IMG/VR virus record: IMGVR_UViG_3300028394_000068
DNA: 64,000 nt
Source of the DNA: an uncultured virus (IMG/VR IMGVR_UViG_3300028394_000068)
Lineage: Duplodnaviria > Heunggongvirae > Uroviricota > Caudoviricetes
Direction: 5' to 3' (one strand)
The notes below the pieces were generated by a model. The model worked only from the letters and a program-made list of their open reading frames with translations. It searched no databases and was not told the DNA's origin. Below are positions 42,616-50,327 of the stretch, piece after piece (positions within the stretch are counted from its first letter, which is position 1; each line of letters starts with the position of its first letter). A program made the translations under genes and the position numbers.

Positions 42616-42768
42616 ATGAACCCAAGAAAAAAAGAAGAAGATAAAAAAGTAAAGTTTGGAATCTGTGTTGACCCGGTTATTTACAAAAAAATGGAAGATG
42701 AGATGATTAACAAATCTCGTCTGATTGAAACACTATTAAAAGAACATTATGGAAAAAAAAGTTTGTAG
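42616..42768 (+). CDS. Small ribbon-helix-helix-like DNA-binding protein (absent from the ORF track)
   Basis: MNPRKKEEDKKVKFGICVDPVIYKKMEDEMINKSRLIETLLKEHYGKKSL; beta-alpha-alpha pattern; overlaps the HNH start. Confidence 0.55.
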   Translation: MNPRKKEEDKKVKFGICVDPVIYKKMEDEMINKSRLIETLLKEHYGKKSL

Positions 42769-43378
42769 TAAATGTAAAGAAGAAAAAGAACTTTGTGAGT
42801 TTCAAAAACGGAAAGATTCTAATGATGGTCTGCGAAGTGAATGTAAAAGTTGTATTAAGTTTTACCACAAAGTTTGGAGAACTCAAAATCCAAATAAATA
42901 TCCTGTTTATAACAAACAATTTAAGATAAATAATCCTGAAATACATAAAACAATAATTAAAAAATATAAAGAAAATAACAAAGAAAAAATTGAAAATAAC
43001 AATCGTAAGTGGAGACAGAACAATAAGGAATATATTAATAATTATATGAAAAATAAACGAAAAAATGATTCACAATATCATTTAATAACACTAGTAAGAT
43101 GTCGTCTGAATGAATTTTTACGAATTAGAAAAATAACCAAAAGAAATAACACTATAAATATTGTGGGTTGTTCACCGGAATTTCTTAAGATTCACATTGA
43201 GAATCAATTTACTGAAGGTATGTCTTGGGAATTATTAGGTCAACATATTCATATTGACCATAAAATTCCTTTATCTTCGGCAAAAACTGATGAAGAAATT
43301 TATCAGTTATGTCATTACACAAATTTACAACCACTATGGGCATTTGATAATTTAAGTAAAGGTGATAAAATATTATAA
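42749..43378 (+). CDS. HNH endonuclease-like protein with N-terminal Zn finger
   Basis: CSKC...CKSC; HIDHKIP...CHYTNLQPLWAFDNLSKG. Confidence 0.8.
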   Translation: MEKKVCSKCKEEKELCEFQKRKDSNDGLRSECKSCIKFYHKVWRTQNPNKYPVYNKQFKINNPEIHKTIIKKYKENNKEKIENNNRKWRQNNKEYINNYMKNKRKNDSQYHLITLVRCRLNEFLRIRKITKRNNTINIVGCSPEFLKIHIENQFTEGMSWELLGQHIHIDHKIPLSSAKTDEEIYQLCHYTNLQPLWAFDNLSKGDKIL

Positions 43379-43380
43379 AC

Positions 43381-43414
43381 AAAAAAAGGTGTCACATTAC
43401 TGTAACACCTTTTT
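43381..43414 (-). terminator. Intrinsic terminator of the large ncRNA (also usable by the HNH gene)
   Basis: Minus strand GGTGTTACA-GTAA-TGTGACACC-T7. Confidence 0.8.
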
Positions 43415-44221
43415 GGCTTAATACGATGAGAATACTCGTCTTATTGAGAATCTTTAGAAGTTTTATTGTTTGACTTCTTTTCCACACCCTTTTGGGATGT
43501 AATCCTCATTGCCGATTAGTTAGACTAATCACTCCTTACGATATCATTTACTCTCTCATTATTCAACTCTCTTCAAGCTTGCGACCTGACTCCGGATTCG
43601 ACTCCGTAGAGGTTTTTGGTAAGAATACACATTAACTTGCGGTCTTTGTGTGCTATGGACATCCCATAACTAAGTAGGCAACTTGTCAATGACATCGGGT
43701 AGACATTTTTGCTATGTTTCTTTTAGTTTTTCACCATATTGAAAATAGTAATTGTGTTGTGGATGTGTTCAAGAAGTAGTCTACCATAAGCTTCGTCTCC
43801 TTTTGAGAGACAAAATACTAAACTTCTCGATGAGATATCCCTATCTCCACTTTTCAAGACATCTTCATACCATCACCTTGGTGGGTGATTGATAAGGATG
43901 ATGACAGCACCACCTGTTACTCATCTTACCTTTCGATTTTAAGATACCTATTAAGTTGGAACCCGCAATTATAAAGTCGGATAACTTTACTTCTCACATA
44001 ATCCCTATGGGTTATTTTTTTTGGTGTTCCCACCTCAAACAGACAATCCACATTGCCCATTCAGTTTTCCATTTCCCTACGAAGTTATCCTCGGTACTAC
44101 AGGCTCACTGATATCCCACTTGTGTACTCGAGCTCCCTTTCAGAAGCCGCAGAACCAATAACACTGATGGTTCCACTTTAATCCTCATTTCTGAGTTTAT
44201 TTGATGACTATACACAGCCAA
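43413..44221 (-). ncRNA. Large structured ncRNA (~810 nt), GOLLD-like
   Basis: No ORF of 60 aa or more; visibly GC-richer than flanks; termini pair (TTGGCT/AGCCAA); many GNRA hairpins; own promoter and terminator; size and tRNA-adjacent phage context fit GOLLD. Family identity not confirmed. Confidence 0.7.
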
Positions 44222-44304
44222 TTATCGTTTTTTACTCCACCGAAGTGGGTAAAGGATAATCTAAAATTTCTAAGAACGTCTTGAGGTTTTCCTCATTTGT
44301 TTTA

Positions 44305-44335
44305 CAAAGGTAAGTGATTTTTTTCTAAAGTCAAA
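44305..44335 (-). promoter_or_regulatory. Bacteroidota sigma70-type promoter for the large ncRNA
   Basis: TTTG-N19-TACCTTTG on minus strand. Confidence 0.7.
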
Positions 44336-44357
44336 CACTTTTGTAATTTTTTTTTAA

Positions 44358-44475
44358 TCTGTGATAAGACCTTAAGATTTACTCATTCGTAGGTCACCCA
44401 TTCTATTCTACCTAAAACTCGCACTCCCGTCGGGATAGTCTGCTGTAATAGGGCTATCTGCTATCTTATCACAGA
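44358..44475 (-). ncRNA. Unknown 118-nt structured RNA
   Basis: Perfect 12-bp terminal helix TCTGTGATAAGA/TCTTATCACAGA; internal helices; lies between tRNA-like genes and the large RNA. Confidence 0.5.
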
Positions 44476-44486
44476 ATAAACTATTG

Positions 44487-44576
44487 TGGTATCAGATGGG
44501 TTCGAACCACCGGCACAGAGTCTTTCGTTACTCCTGCTCTACCAAAGGAGATAAATCTCCACTGAGCTATAATACC
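44487..44576 (-). tRNA. Atypical tRNA-like RNA (hairpin inserted in D-loop, 8-nt anticodon loop)
   Basis: GGTATTA/TGATACC acceptor, GCTC/GAGC D-stem, GGTGG-TTCGAAC-CCATC T-arm; loop AACGAAAG. Confidence 0.75.
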
Positions 44577-44585
44577 ATATAAGTT

Positions 44586-44660
44586 AGTGGACGTATGCTC
44601 TACCATCTGAGCTACGGAGTTAAGACCGGAGGGATTTGAATCCTCGACACAACGTCCACC
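44586..44660 (-). ncRNA. Circularly permuted tRNA-like RNA
   Basis: Order is anticodon-stem 3' strand, variable loop, T-arm, looped acceptor stub, D-arm, anticodon-stem 5' strand. Confidence 0.7.
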
Positions 44661-44697
44661 TATATTTTCAATAATTTTAAGAACTTTATTTCTTCTA

Positions 44698-44729
44698 CAA
44701 AGATAATACTTTTATTTTAATCTGTCAAA
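44698..44729 (-). promoter_or_regulatory. Bacteroidota sigma70-type promoter for the tRNA-like cluster
   Basis: TTTG-N20-TATCTTTG on minus strand. Confidence 0.65.
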
Positions 44730-44888
44730 TTATTTTAAAAATAATTCTATTAATTTTATTAAACCAAAACTAAAACACATTCCGGATACAAAATAACTGA
44801 ATGCAGGATTTTTACCATTTTCTTTTTGTGTTTTTGCGGAGAATAGGTTTAATCCCATCAATCCAAATTGTACTAATACTATTGTCAT
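44730..44888 (-). CDS. Small two-TM membrane protein (52 aa, absent from the ORF track)
   Basis: MTIVLVQFGLMGLNLF...FSYFVSGMCFSFGLIKLIELFLK; ATGA-coupled to the upstream ORF. Confidence 0.5.
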   Translation of the reverse strand: MTIVLVQFGLMGLNLFSAKTQKENGKNPAFSYFVSGMCFSFGLIKLIELFLK

Positions 44889-45028
44889 AATTTTTTTTGT
44901 TTTTCTTGTAATTCAGTTAATGCCTCTTTAAGTTCTTTACCCCACGCTTCTTTCCATTGTTCAAAAGTAAATTTTGATTCCGGATGAATCTTCATATAAT
45001 TCTTGTATTGTGTTTCTAATGTTGCCAT
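44885..45028 (-). CDS. Small hypothetical protein (47 aa, absent from the ORF track)
   Basis: MATLETQYKNYMKIHPESKFTFEQWKEAWGKELKEALTELQEKQKKL. Confidence 0.5.
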   Translation of the reverse strand: MATLETQYKNYMKIHPESKFTFEQWKEAWGKELKEALTELQEKQKKL

Positions 45029-45042
45029 ATAATTTAATTTAG

Positions 45043-45144
45043 TAGTCAGGACAGGATTCGAACCTGTTCCGTCTTTGCCATAAAGAGTCGGCCTTACCGT
45101 TACTCAACCTTGGGGAGGTGATACCAACCAATGGTCTCCTGACT
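45043..45144 (-). tRNA. Atypical tRNA-like RNA with expanded multi-hairpin middle
   Basis: AGTCAGG/CCTGACT acceptor; ACAGG-TTCGAAT-CCTGT T-arm; non-canonical anticodon/variable region. Confidence 0.65.
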
Positions 45145-45299
45145 ATGTTTCGCTAATGTTAAAAACTGACTCAATCTTCCTAAAAAACACTAACTTCCTT
45201 CTTACTCTATTATAGGCTCGGCCGTCCTGTTTTAAATATAGTTTTACCTGAAACTTCGGCCGGCTGTTGATTGACCACTCCCACCTACTCAAGTAGTTT

Positions 45300-45554
45300 T
45301 TACATACTCATCATCCAACCCATTCGGTTCTGTGCTTGATACTCAGTATAAGTACATTTTCTCATTGTCTTATAATCCGGTCTCAACTTAACGTGTGTTG
45401 GATATTTCTTCTCGTGCTCTTTGTGTTCTCTCACCACCTTAGCGTAAGCCTCTCTTTTACTTGGAGCCCACACGTCGTTAAATCCACCACCAATCCAATT
45501 AAACAAATAAAGGTATTCACCGTTAACACTTCTATACAATTTTTCTTTAGCCAT
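45300..45554 (-). CDS. Hypothetical protein
   Basis: 84 aa; promoter TTTG-N19-TATCTTTG at 45576-45606. Confidence 0.6.
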   Translation of the reverse strand: MAKEKLYRSVNGEYLYLFNWIGGGFNDVWAPSKREAYAKVVREHKEHEKKYPTHVKLRPDYKTMRKCTYTEYQAQNRMGWMMSM

Positions 45555-45661
45555 AGTTCATCCGTTTTGTGAGTACAAAGATAAGCCTTAAATTCAAACT
45601 GCCAAACTTTTTTTAAAAATTTTTTTATTTTTTTTTATTACTGAAGTGAAGTAAAACAAAT

Positions 45662-45684
45662 AACCCCTCTTCGGAGGGGTTTTG
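45662..45684. terminator. Terminator-like hairpin
   Basis: AACCCCTC-TTCG-GAGGGGTT. Confidence 0.55.
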
Positions 45685-46263
45685 TTATTTTAATAATTTT
45701 TTAATCCTATTTAATTCTTCTTGTAAAACTTTATTTTCCATAACCGGTTTCCCAAGTACCTTATCGACTGCGGTGAATGGGAATAACATAGTTTTTAAAA
45801 ATGTGTCGTGAAATGAACCATCTGTAGGTAACCCTATTTGAGAAGTATCTAAAGAATCTTTTTTCTTTTCTTTTTGTTTCTTTTCTTTTGGTTTTTCAAT
45901 ATTTGAAGTTCCACTATCAATACCTTCAAAAAACGGTTTTAGTCTAACTTTTTGATTACGGTTATCTAAAATTGAATATCTTAAATCTTTATCACCGGCA
46001 ATACCCAAACTACTCCCTTTTCTTAAATTATCACCCCTGTTAACAGTTATTCTATTAACTTCACATATATTAGAGTGGTATACATCGTTTCCAACAATAT
46101 GTTTAATTTTTACATTACCTCCACAATCATTTACATCCACACTTTGTACAACACCATCATATGGTGAACGTACTAAATTACCTTGATGGGTATTTATACT
46201 AATTTCTTTGGATGATAAATCAGATGGTCTACCACCTGAAACTGGTAATTCAAACTTATCCAT
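45685..46263 (-). CDS. M23-peptidase-like protein (metal ligands degenerate)
   Basis: VRSPYDGVV...GGNVKIKH...VNRGDNLRKG..LG fold signature; HxxxD and HxH absent. Confidence 0.6.
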   Translation of the reverse strand: MDKFELPVSGGRPSDLSSKEISINTHQGNLVRSPYDGVVQSVDVNDCGGNVKIKHIVGNDVYHSNICEVNRITVNRGDNLRKGSSLGIAGDKDLRYSILDNRNQKVRLKPFFEGIDSGTSNIEKPKEKKQKEKKKDSLDTSQIGLPTDGSFHDTFLKTMLFPFTAVDKVLGKPVMENKVLQEELNRIKKLLK

Positions 46264-46940
46264 TATAATAATTTTTTTATTTTTTCAATATTTTTAATTA
46301 ATCTTTGCTCTTTAAGTGAAACACTTTCTTTCATACCGGAAGCATTAGTTAAAGAACCTAAAACACCATTTTGAATGTTTTGAGCGATAGTGTCAAATTC
46401 ACCTGGTGTTGCGTTTGTTTGTGGTGTTGTTGTATCTGTTGATGTAGATTGGTCACCTAATGTAGATTGGTCACCTAATGTTGATGGTGCTCCGGTTGTG
46501 TTAGATACGTGAACGTGGTCATAATGGTCCGCCACTTGCCATAACACAGCCTTTGGGTGTCCTGATTCGGCCCCACTAGAGTCAAACCCCATACTTTTTA
46601 ATTGGGCAACTAAATCGTTACCTAATTGAGTAAATTTGGTTGGGTCGCTTTTATATGAAACACCGTTAATTATTGCAATATCTACACCTGTTCCGTTCGT
46701 ATGTCTACTTGTATTACCCGATTTTGTCGTTTCTTTATGACCTGAAACTGCGGTTGTAATACTAGATTTAGTTAATCCCGCCGCCTTTGTTGCATCATTA
46801 ATATCACTTAATAAAATATCATTTATTTTATCTGATGCCGGTGTTGATGACCCAACAGCTCGTGCCGGAAAATCAACATAAGGGTATAAACTAGGTGTTA
46901 CACTTGTTACCGCCTCTAATAAACTAACTAACTTTTTCAT
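46263..46940 (-). CDS. M15-like (Hedgehog/DD-peptidase fold) zinc peptidase
   Basis: SRHTNGTGVDIA...HYDHVHV. Confidence 0.7.
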   Translation of the reverse strand: MKKLVSLLEAVTSVTPSLYPYVDFPARAVGSSTPASDKINDILLSDINDATKAAGLTKSSITTAVSGHKETTKSGNTSRHTNGTGVDIAIINGVSYKSDPTKFTQLGNDLVAQLKSMGFDSSGAESGHPKAVLWQVADHYDHVHVSNTTGAPSTLGDQSTLGDQSTSTDTTTPQTNATPGEFDTIAQNIQNGVLGSLTNASGMKESVSLKEQRLIKNIEKIKKLL

Positions 46941-46941
46941 A

Positions 46942-47547
46942 TTATTGTTCTAAGTGATTCATTAAAACACCACCAACAGATGTTGATTGTACTAATAAAC
47001 TAGTTATTGACTCATCATTTAGTTTTGTTTTTTTCTTGGTATAATCAATACCTAACATACCAATGAATCTACCTTCAATACATTTTATTGCAAAAAGATA
47101 ACCTGATTTACACCCTGTATCTTCCGCAATGTATTTTAAACCATAAGTCGCAACGGTTTCATCTTTAAAATCTGAAATTTCAATCCTATCGTGTTCTAAT
47201 AATTGATTAATTGAACGGCTAAATAAATTAACGGGTATATTGTGAAAATTACTCTGTATTGAGGATACTGATGGAGCTACGGATTCATATATAATACTGA
47301 ATTTGGCCATTGATTTTCCGGTTGGATAAAAATTACCCCCATTATGGAATTGTGCCACCCAAACTCTATCTGCCTTGAATTCGTCTTTAATATGGTCCAA
47401 TTTGGTCATTACAAGTTCACTGACTTTTAACGTTTCCAATACCATATCCGGTTTTTCTTGTTTTTTTTCTAACTTATTCTTAATGAATAATAATAGAATA
47501 GGGCCTAAAACCCCCGTGATAAACGCTACTATTATAGATACACTCAT
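46942..47547 (-). CDS. Single-TM GAF-domain protein, T4 holin T-like architecture
   Basis: N-terminal TM; ADRVWVAQFHNGG...FIGMLGIDY GAF-like pattern; next to peptidases. Confidence 0.55.
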   Translation of the reverse strand: MSVSIIVAFITGVLGPILLLFIKNKLEKKQEKPDMVLETLKVSELVMTKLDHIKDEFKADRVWVAQFHNGGNFYPTGKSMAKFSIIYESVAPSVSSIQSNFHNIPVNLFSRSINQLLEHDRIEISDFKDETVATYGLKYIAEDTGCKSGYLFAIKCIEGRFIGMLGIDYTKKKTKLNDESITSLLVQSTSVGGVLMNHLEQ

Positions 47548-47621
47548 AATTTTAACTTAATGTTTTATATAACTTATAAATAGTAAATAAATAAAAAAAG
47601 TGAGGTGTTACCCCCACTTTA

Positions 47622-48647
47622 TTACAATTTTTTAAATTCCGGTCTGATTAGGTTCCATATGATTTCAGAGTAATCTTTTTTATCCCACATAGCAAACATC
47701 ACAGGATGTAATACTTTTTGTTGTTTTAAGACAAACTCAGCAAATTCTTTTTTTGTTGGTTCAGGGTCAACGTCACCATATTTTCCATAACGGAACCCAT
47801 CGTGAAGTTTTCCAGCTCTTTCAGATATTTGAAAATAACCATATCTTAAATCTCGGACATAGTTTTGAATTTTTTTATAAAATTCATCCGGAACATCTTT
47901 TAATAATTCCAACACATCTTCACCATTTTTCAAATACTCCCAAACTCCGGTTGTAGTGACGTTAGTCATTATTTTATGAAGACGAAGATACTCAACACCT
48001 TTAACTTTGACTCTATCCCCATTGGAGAACTTTACCACGAACCCCTCTTGGTCGTTTTTAACCATTTCTTTCAGTTGTTTGTAGTCATTGATACCATCGT
48101 ATTTTTTAACCACATCAAACCCCCATTGTGACCATATTTCAGAATCCATTTCTTTTCCATTCTTATCAAAAGTTCCCAATAAGACTAGTTTTTCATCATT
48201 ACCATAATCCAAAACAATTCTGTTTTCTGGATAGATGATTTCAAAACAGAAAGTCAGATGTCTGAACATTATATCGGTGTTGTATTTCTGTAAGAGTTCT
48301 CTCGCTTTGATTGCTTGGTCAGAGGTGAATGAACCACGAGTGGCAACCACCCATTGACCTTGATACCAAAATACAATACCCAATGAACCATCCATTTTTT
48401 CATAAACCTCAAAGTTTTCAGTTGGCGTAAATTTTCCTTCTTCTATGTTGAAGAACTTTTGAAATGGTGTTGCAACTATGTCTCCGGTGTTGTCGGTAAC
48501 TAAACCTCTACACATAAGAGTCACCTCATCCCACAGGTTCTCGTACTGAACTTTCTCAGTATAATTCCATATGGTTAATGGAAGTGATGGATGTACTTGT
48601 TTATAAAGTAATCCGTCTTCGTAATATTTGTTTAGTTTTTCTAACAT
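47622..48647 (-). CDS. RNA ligase (T4 Rnl1-like)
   Basis: EKMDGSLG (motif I), FEII, EGFVV, RVKVK. Confidence 0.88.
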   Translation of the reverse strand: MLEKLNKYYEDGLLYKQVHPSLPLTIWNYTEKVQYENLWDEVTLMCRGLVTDNTGDIVATPFQKFFNIEEGKFTPTENFEVYEKMDGSLGIVFWYQGQWVVATRGSFTSDQAIKARELLQKYNTDIMFRHLTFCFEIIYPENRIVLDYGNDEKLVLLGTFDKNGKEMDSEIWSQWGFDVVKKYDGINDYKQLKEMVKNDQEGFVVKFSNGDRVKVKGVEYLRLHKIMTNVTTTGVWEYLKNGEDVLELLKDVPDEFYKKIQNYVRDLRYGYFQISERAGKLHDGFRYGKYGDVDPEPTKKEFAEFVLKQQKVLHPVMFAMWDKKDYSEIIWNLIRPEFKKL

Positions 48648-48648
48648 C

Positions 48649-48978
48649 TTATTCTATTTTTTTCAAATTTTCTTCTAATCTACTTAAGAATGATTCCTCA
48701 CCATCATCACCTGATAATAACCAATCCACTCGTTGAGCGTATTCTTGAGCGATATGAAGAGCTTTAACCGCCTCTTTCATCTTCTCAATAACCTCATCCG
48801 GATATTTATAATGGAATAAATCCTCAGGGTATTTTTTATACCATTCAGGGTCTCTCCAACCTTCTTCCTTTAAATCTTCAGGCGTTTTTTCAACACCATT
48901 CTTCACAATAACCTCTTCTATTTGGTCTGCGATGTAACCAATCTTATATTGGTTGTAATCAAATGCTCCTCCACTCAT
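48649..48978 (-). CDS. Hypothetical protein
   Basis: MSGGAFDY...VDWLLSGDDGEESF. Confidence 0.6.
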   Translation of the reverse strand: MSGGAFDYNQYKIGYIADQIEEVIVKNGVEKTPEDLKEEGWRDPEWYKKYPEDLFHYKYPDEVIEKMKEAVKALHIAQEYAQRVDWLLSGDDGEESFLSRLEENLKKIE

Positions 48979-48980
48979 AA

Positions 48981-49376
48981 TTAAAGTTTTACCTCAAAAC
49001 GATTTTTCATTAATTTTAATTTATCTTCCGGAACCCCGTGTTCATTAATACCATCGTGTCTATTCTCTACAATAAGTGAGTGAACTCTATATCCGTGTTT
49101 TTCAGCTAATTCAAAATAAGGTGTCATTTCCCACTCTTGGGTGAATGTATTTGATACCACAACTTTATGTTCGTATTTCATAAGGAACTCAACCTCTTCT
49201 TGACACCAAGCGTGAGCATCTCTCAATGATGTAACATCAAACTTATAGTTACCATCCCCATCGACAAAATACATATCCGCCTCTTTGTGACAATAATCTT
49301 TATCACCAACTAACATTTTTGCCAATGTTGATTTACCACTTCCTGGTAATCCTCTTAATAAAAATAACTCTTTCAT
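48981..49376 (-). CDS. P-loop kinase (AAA_33, polynucleotide-kinase-like)
   Basis: RGLPGSGKST, EADMYF, VVSNTF, HGVP. Confidence 0.85.
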   Translation of the reverse strand: MKELFLLRGLPGSGKSTLAKMLVGDKDYCHKEADMYFVDGDGNYKFDVTSLRDAHAWCQEEVEFLMKYEHKVVVSNTFTQEWEMTPYFELAEKHGYRVHSLIVENRHDGINEHGVPEDKLKLMKNRFEVKL

Positions 49377-49663
49377 AATTCACATTCTTTTAAATATTTA
49401 ACAATTTTTTCAATACCTTCAACGTCATCAGGATTAATGATGAACTCATCAAACGCTCCGTATCTTGATTGATGTCCAAAAATATATTTCAAACCATAAC
49501 CAACTCTTTGCCAAAATGGTCGTTTAACCAAATGAGTATGGACATAAACCATCGGAAATCTTACACCATCAATATCGTCCTCATCATATAGGACAACCAT
49601 TTGATGTTCCGTGTTATGACAGGAACACACAAATAAATCTTTTTTTGTTTGTTTAATTCTCAT
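49373..49663 (-). CDS. Hypothetical protein
   Basis: CSC...H motif; 96 aa. Confidence 0.55.
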   Translation of the reverse strand: MRIKQTKKDLFVCSCHNTEHQMVVLYDEDDIDGVRFPMVYVHTHLVKRPFWQRVGYGLKYIFGHQSRYGAFDEFIINPDDVEGIEKIVKYLKECEL

Positions 49664-49664
49664 A

Positions 49665-50327
49665 TTACTTTCTTTTTTTACCGTCTTCAGTTATTACCTC
49701 ATCTGTGTGGTGGTCACCATCCATATTTGAACGGATTTCTCTCATCTTCACAATCTTAATCACATTATCCAATTCGTATGGCATAAAAAACATATTACCA
49801 TCAATTCCAACATCCATTCTTCTTCCTTTACCAAATACTTTTTGTTGAGGTAAATGACAGTGTCCGTGTAAGTGAATGTGTCCTTTGTTTAACCCATCCC
49901 AAGAATCTATTGGATAGTGCATTAAAACCAAAGTTTCAAATTTATACATCAATTTTGTGTAGTGATTAACACTTGCAAACAATTCCTGACAATCCTCTCG
50001 GTTGTTTTCAATGTGGTGGTCGTGATTACCTAATATAAGGTGTATCTCTTTACACACAATTCTATCTCTGAAAATTTTTATATTTTCAAATCCACCAAAA
50101 CTCCAATCACCCAAGTGAATCAAAACATCGTCTTGTCCTACAACACTGTTAATGTTATTCACAATCATTTCATTCATCTCACTAATTGAATCAAAATCTC
50201 TGGTTTGTGCGATTGGAATACTCCCATCAGGTAATCTCCACGCGGTCACACCACGACATATATTCTTATGCCCAAAGTGGGTGTCGGAGATTATCCATAC
50301 CTTTCTATCTTTATCTATCTTAATCAT
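49665..50327 (-). CDS. Calcineurin-like metallophosphoesterase
   Basis: SDTHFGH, HLGD, GNHD, HGHCH. Confidence 0.9.
   Translation of the reverse strand: MIKIDKDRKVWIISDTHFGHKNICRGVTAWRLPDGSIPIAQTRDFDSISEMNEMIVNNINSVVGQDDVLIHLGDWSFGGFENIKIFRDRIVCKEIHLILGNHDHHIENNREDCQELFASVNHYTKLMYKFETLVLMHYPIDSWDGLNKGHIHLHGHCHLPQQKVFGKGRRMDVGIDGNMFFMPYELDNVIKIVKMREIRSNMDGDHHTDEVITEDGKKRK

Noticed and set aside
43413..44221. Group I/II intron or rRNA fragment
   Set aside because: No interrupted gene, has its own promoter and terminator, and I could not recognise intron core or rRNA motifs by eye.
44358..44475. SRP RNA or twister ribozyme
   Set aside because: AGCAG is present but the CAGG-GNRA-AGCA helix-8 geometry and the twister core are absent.
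45215..45266. CGGCCG...CGGCCG GC-rich hairpin as a hammerhead ribozyme
   Set aside because: No CUGAUGA core on either strand; at most an unexplained hairpin.
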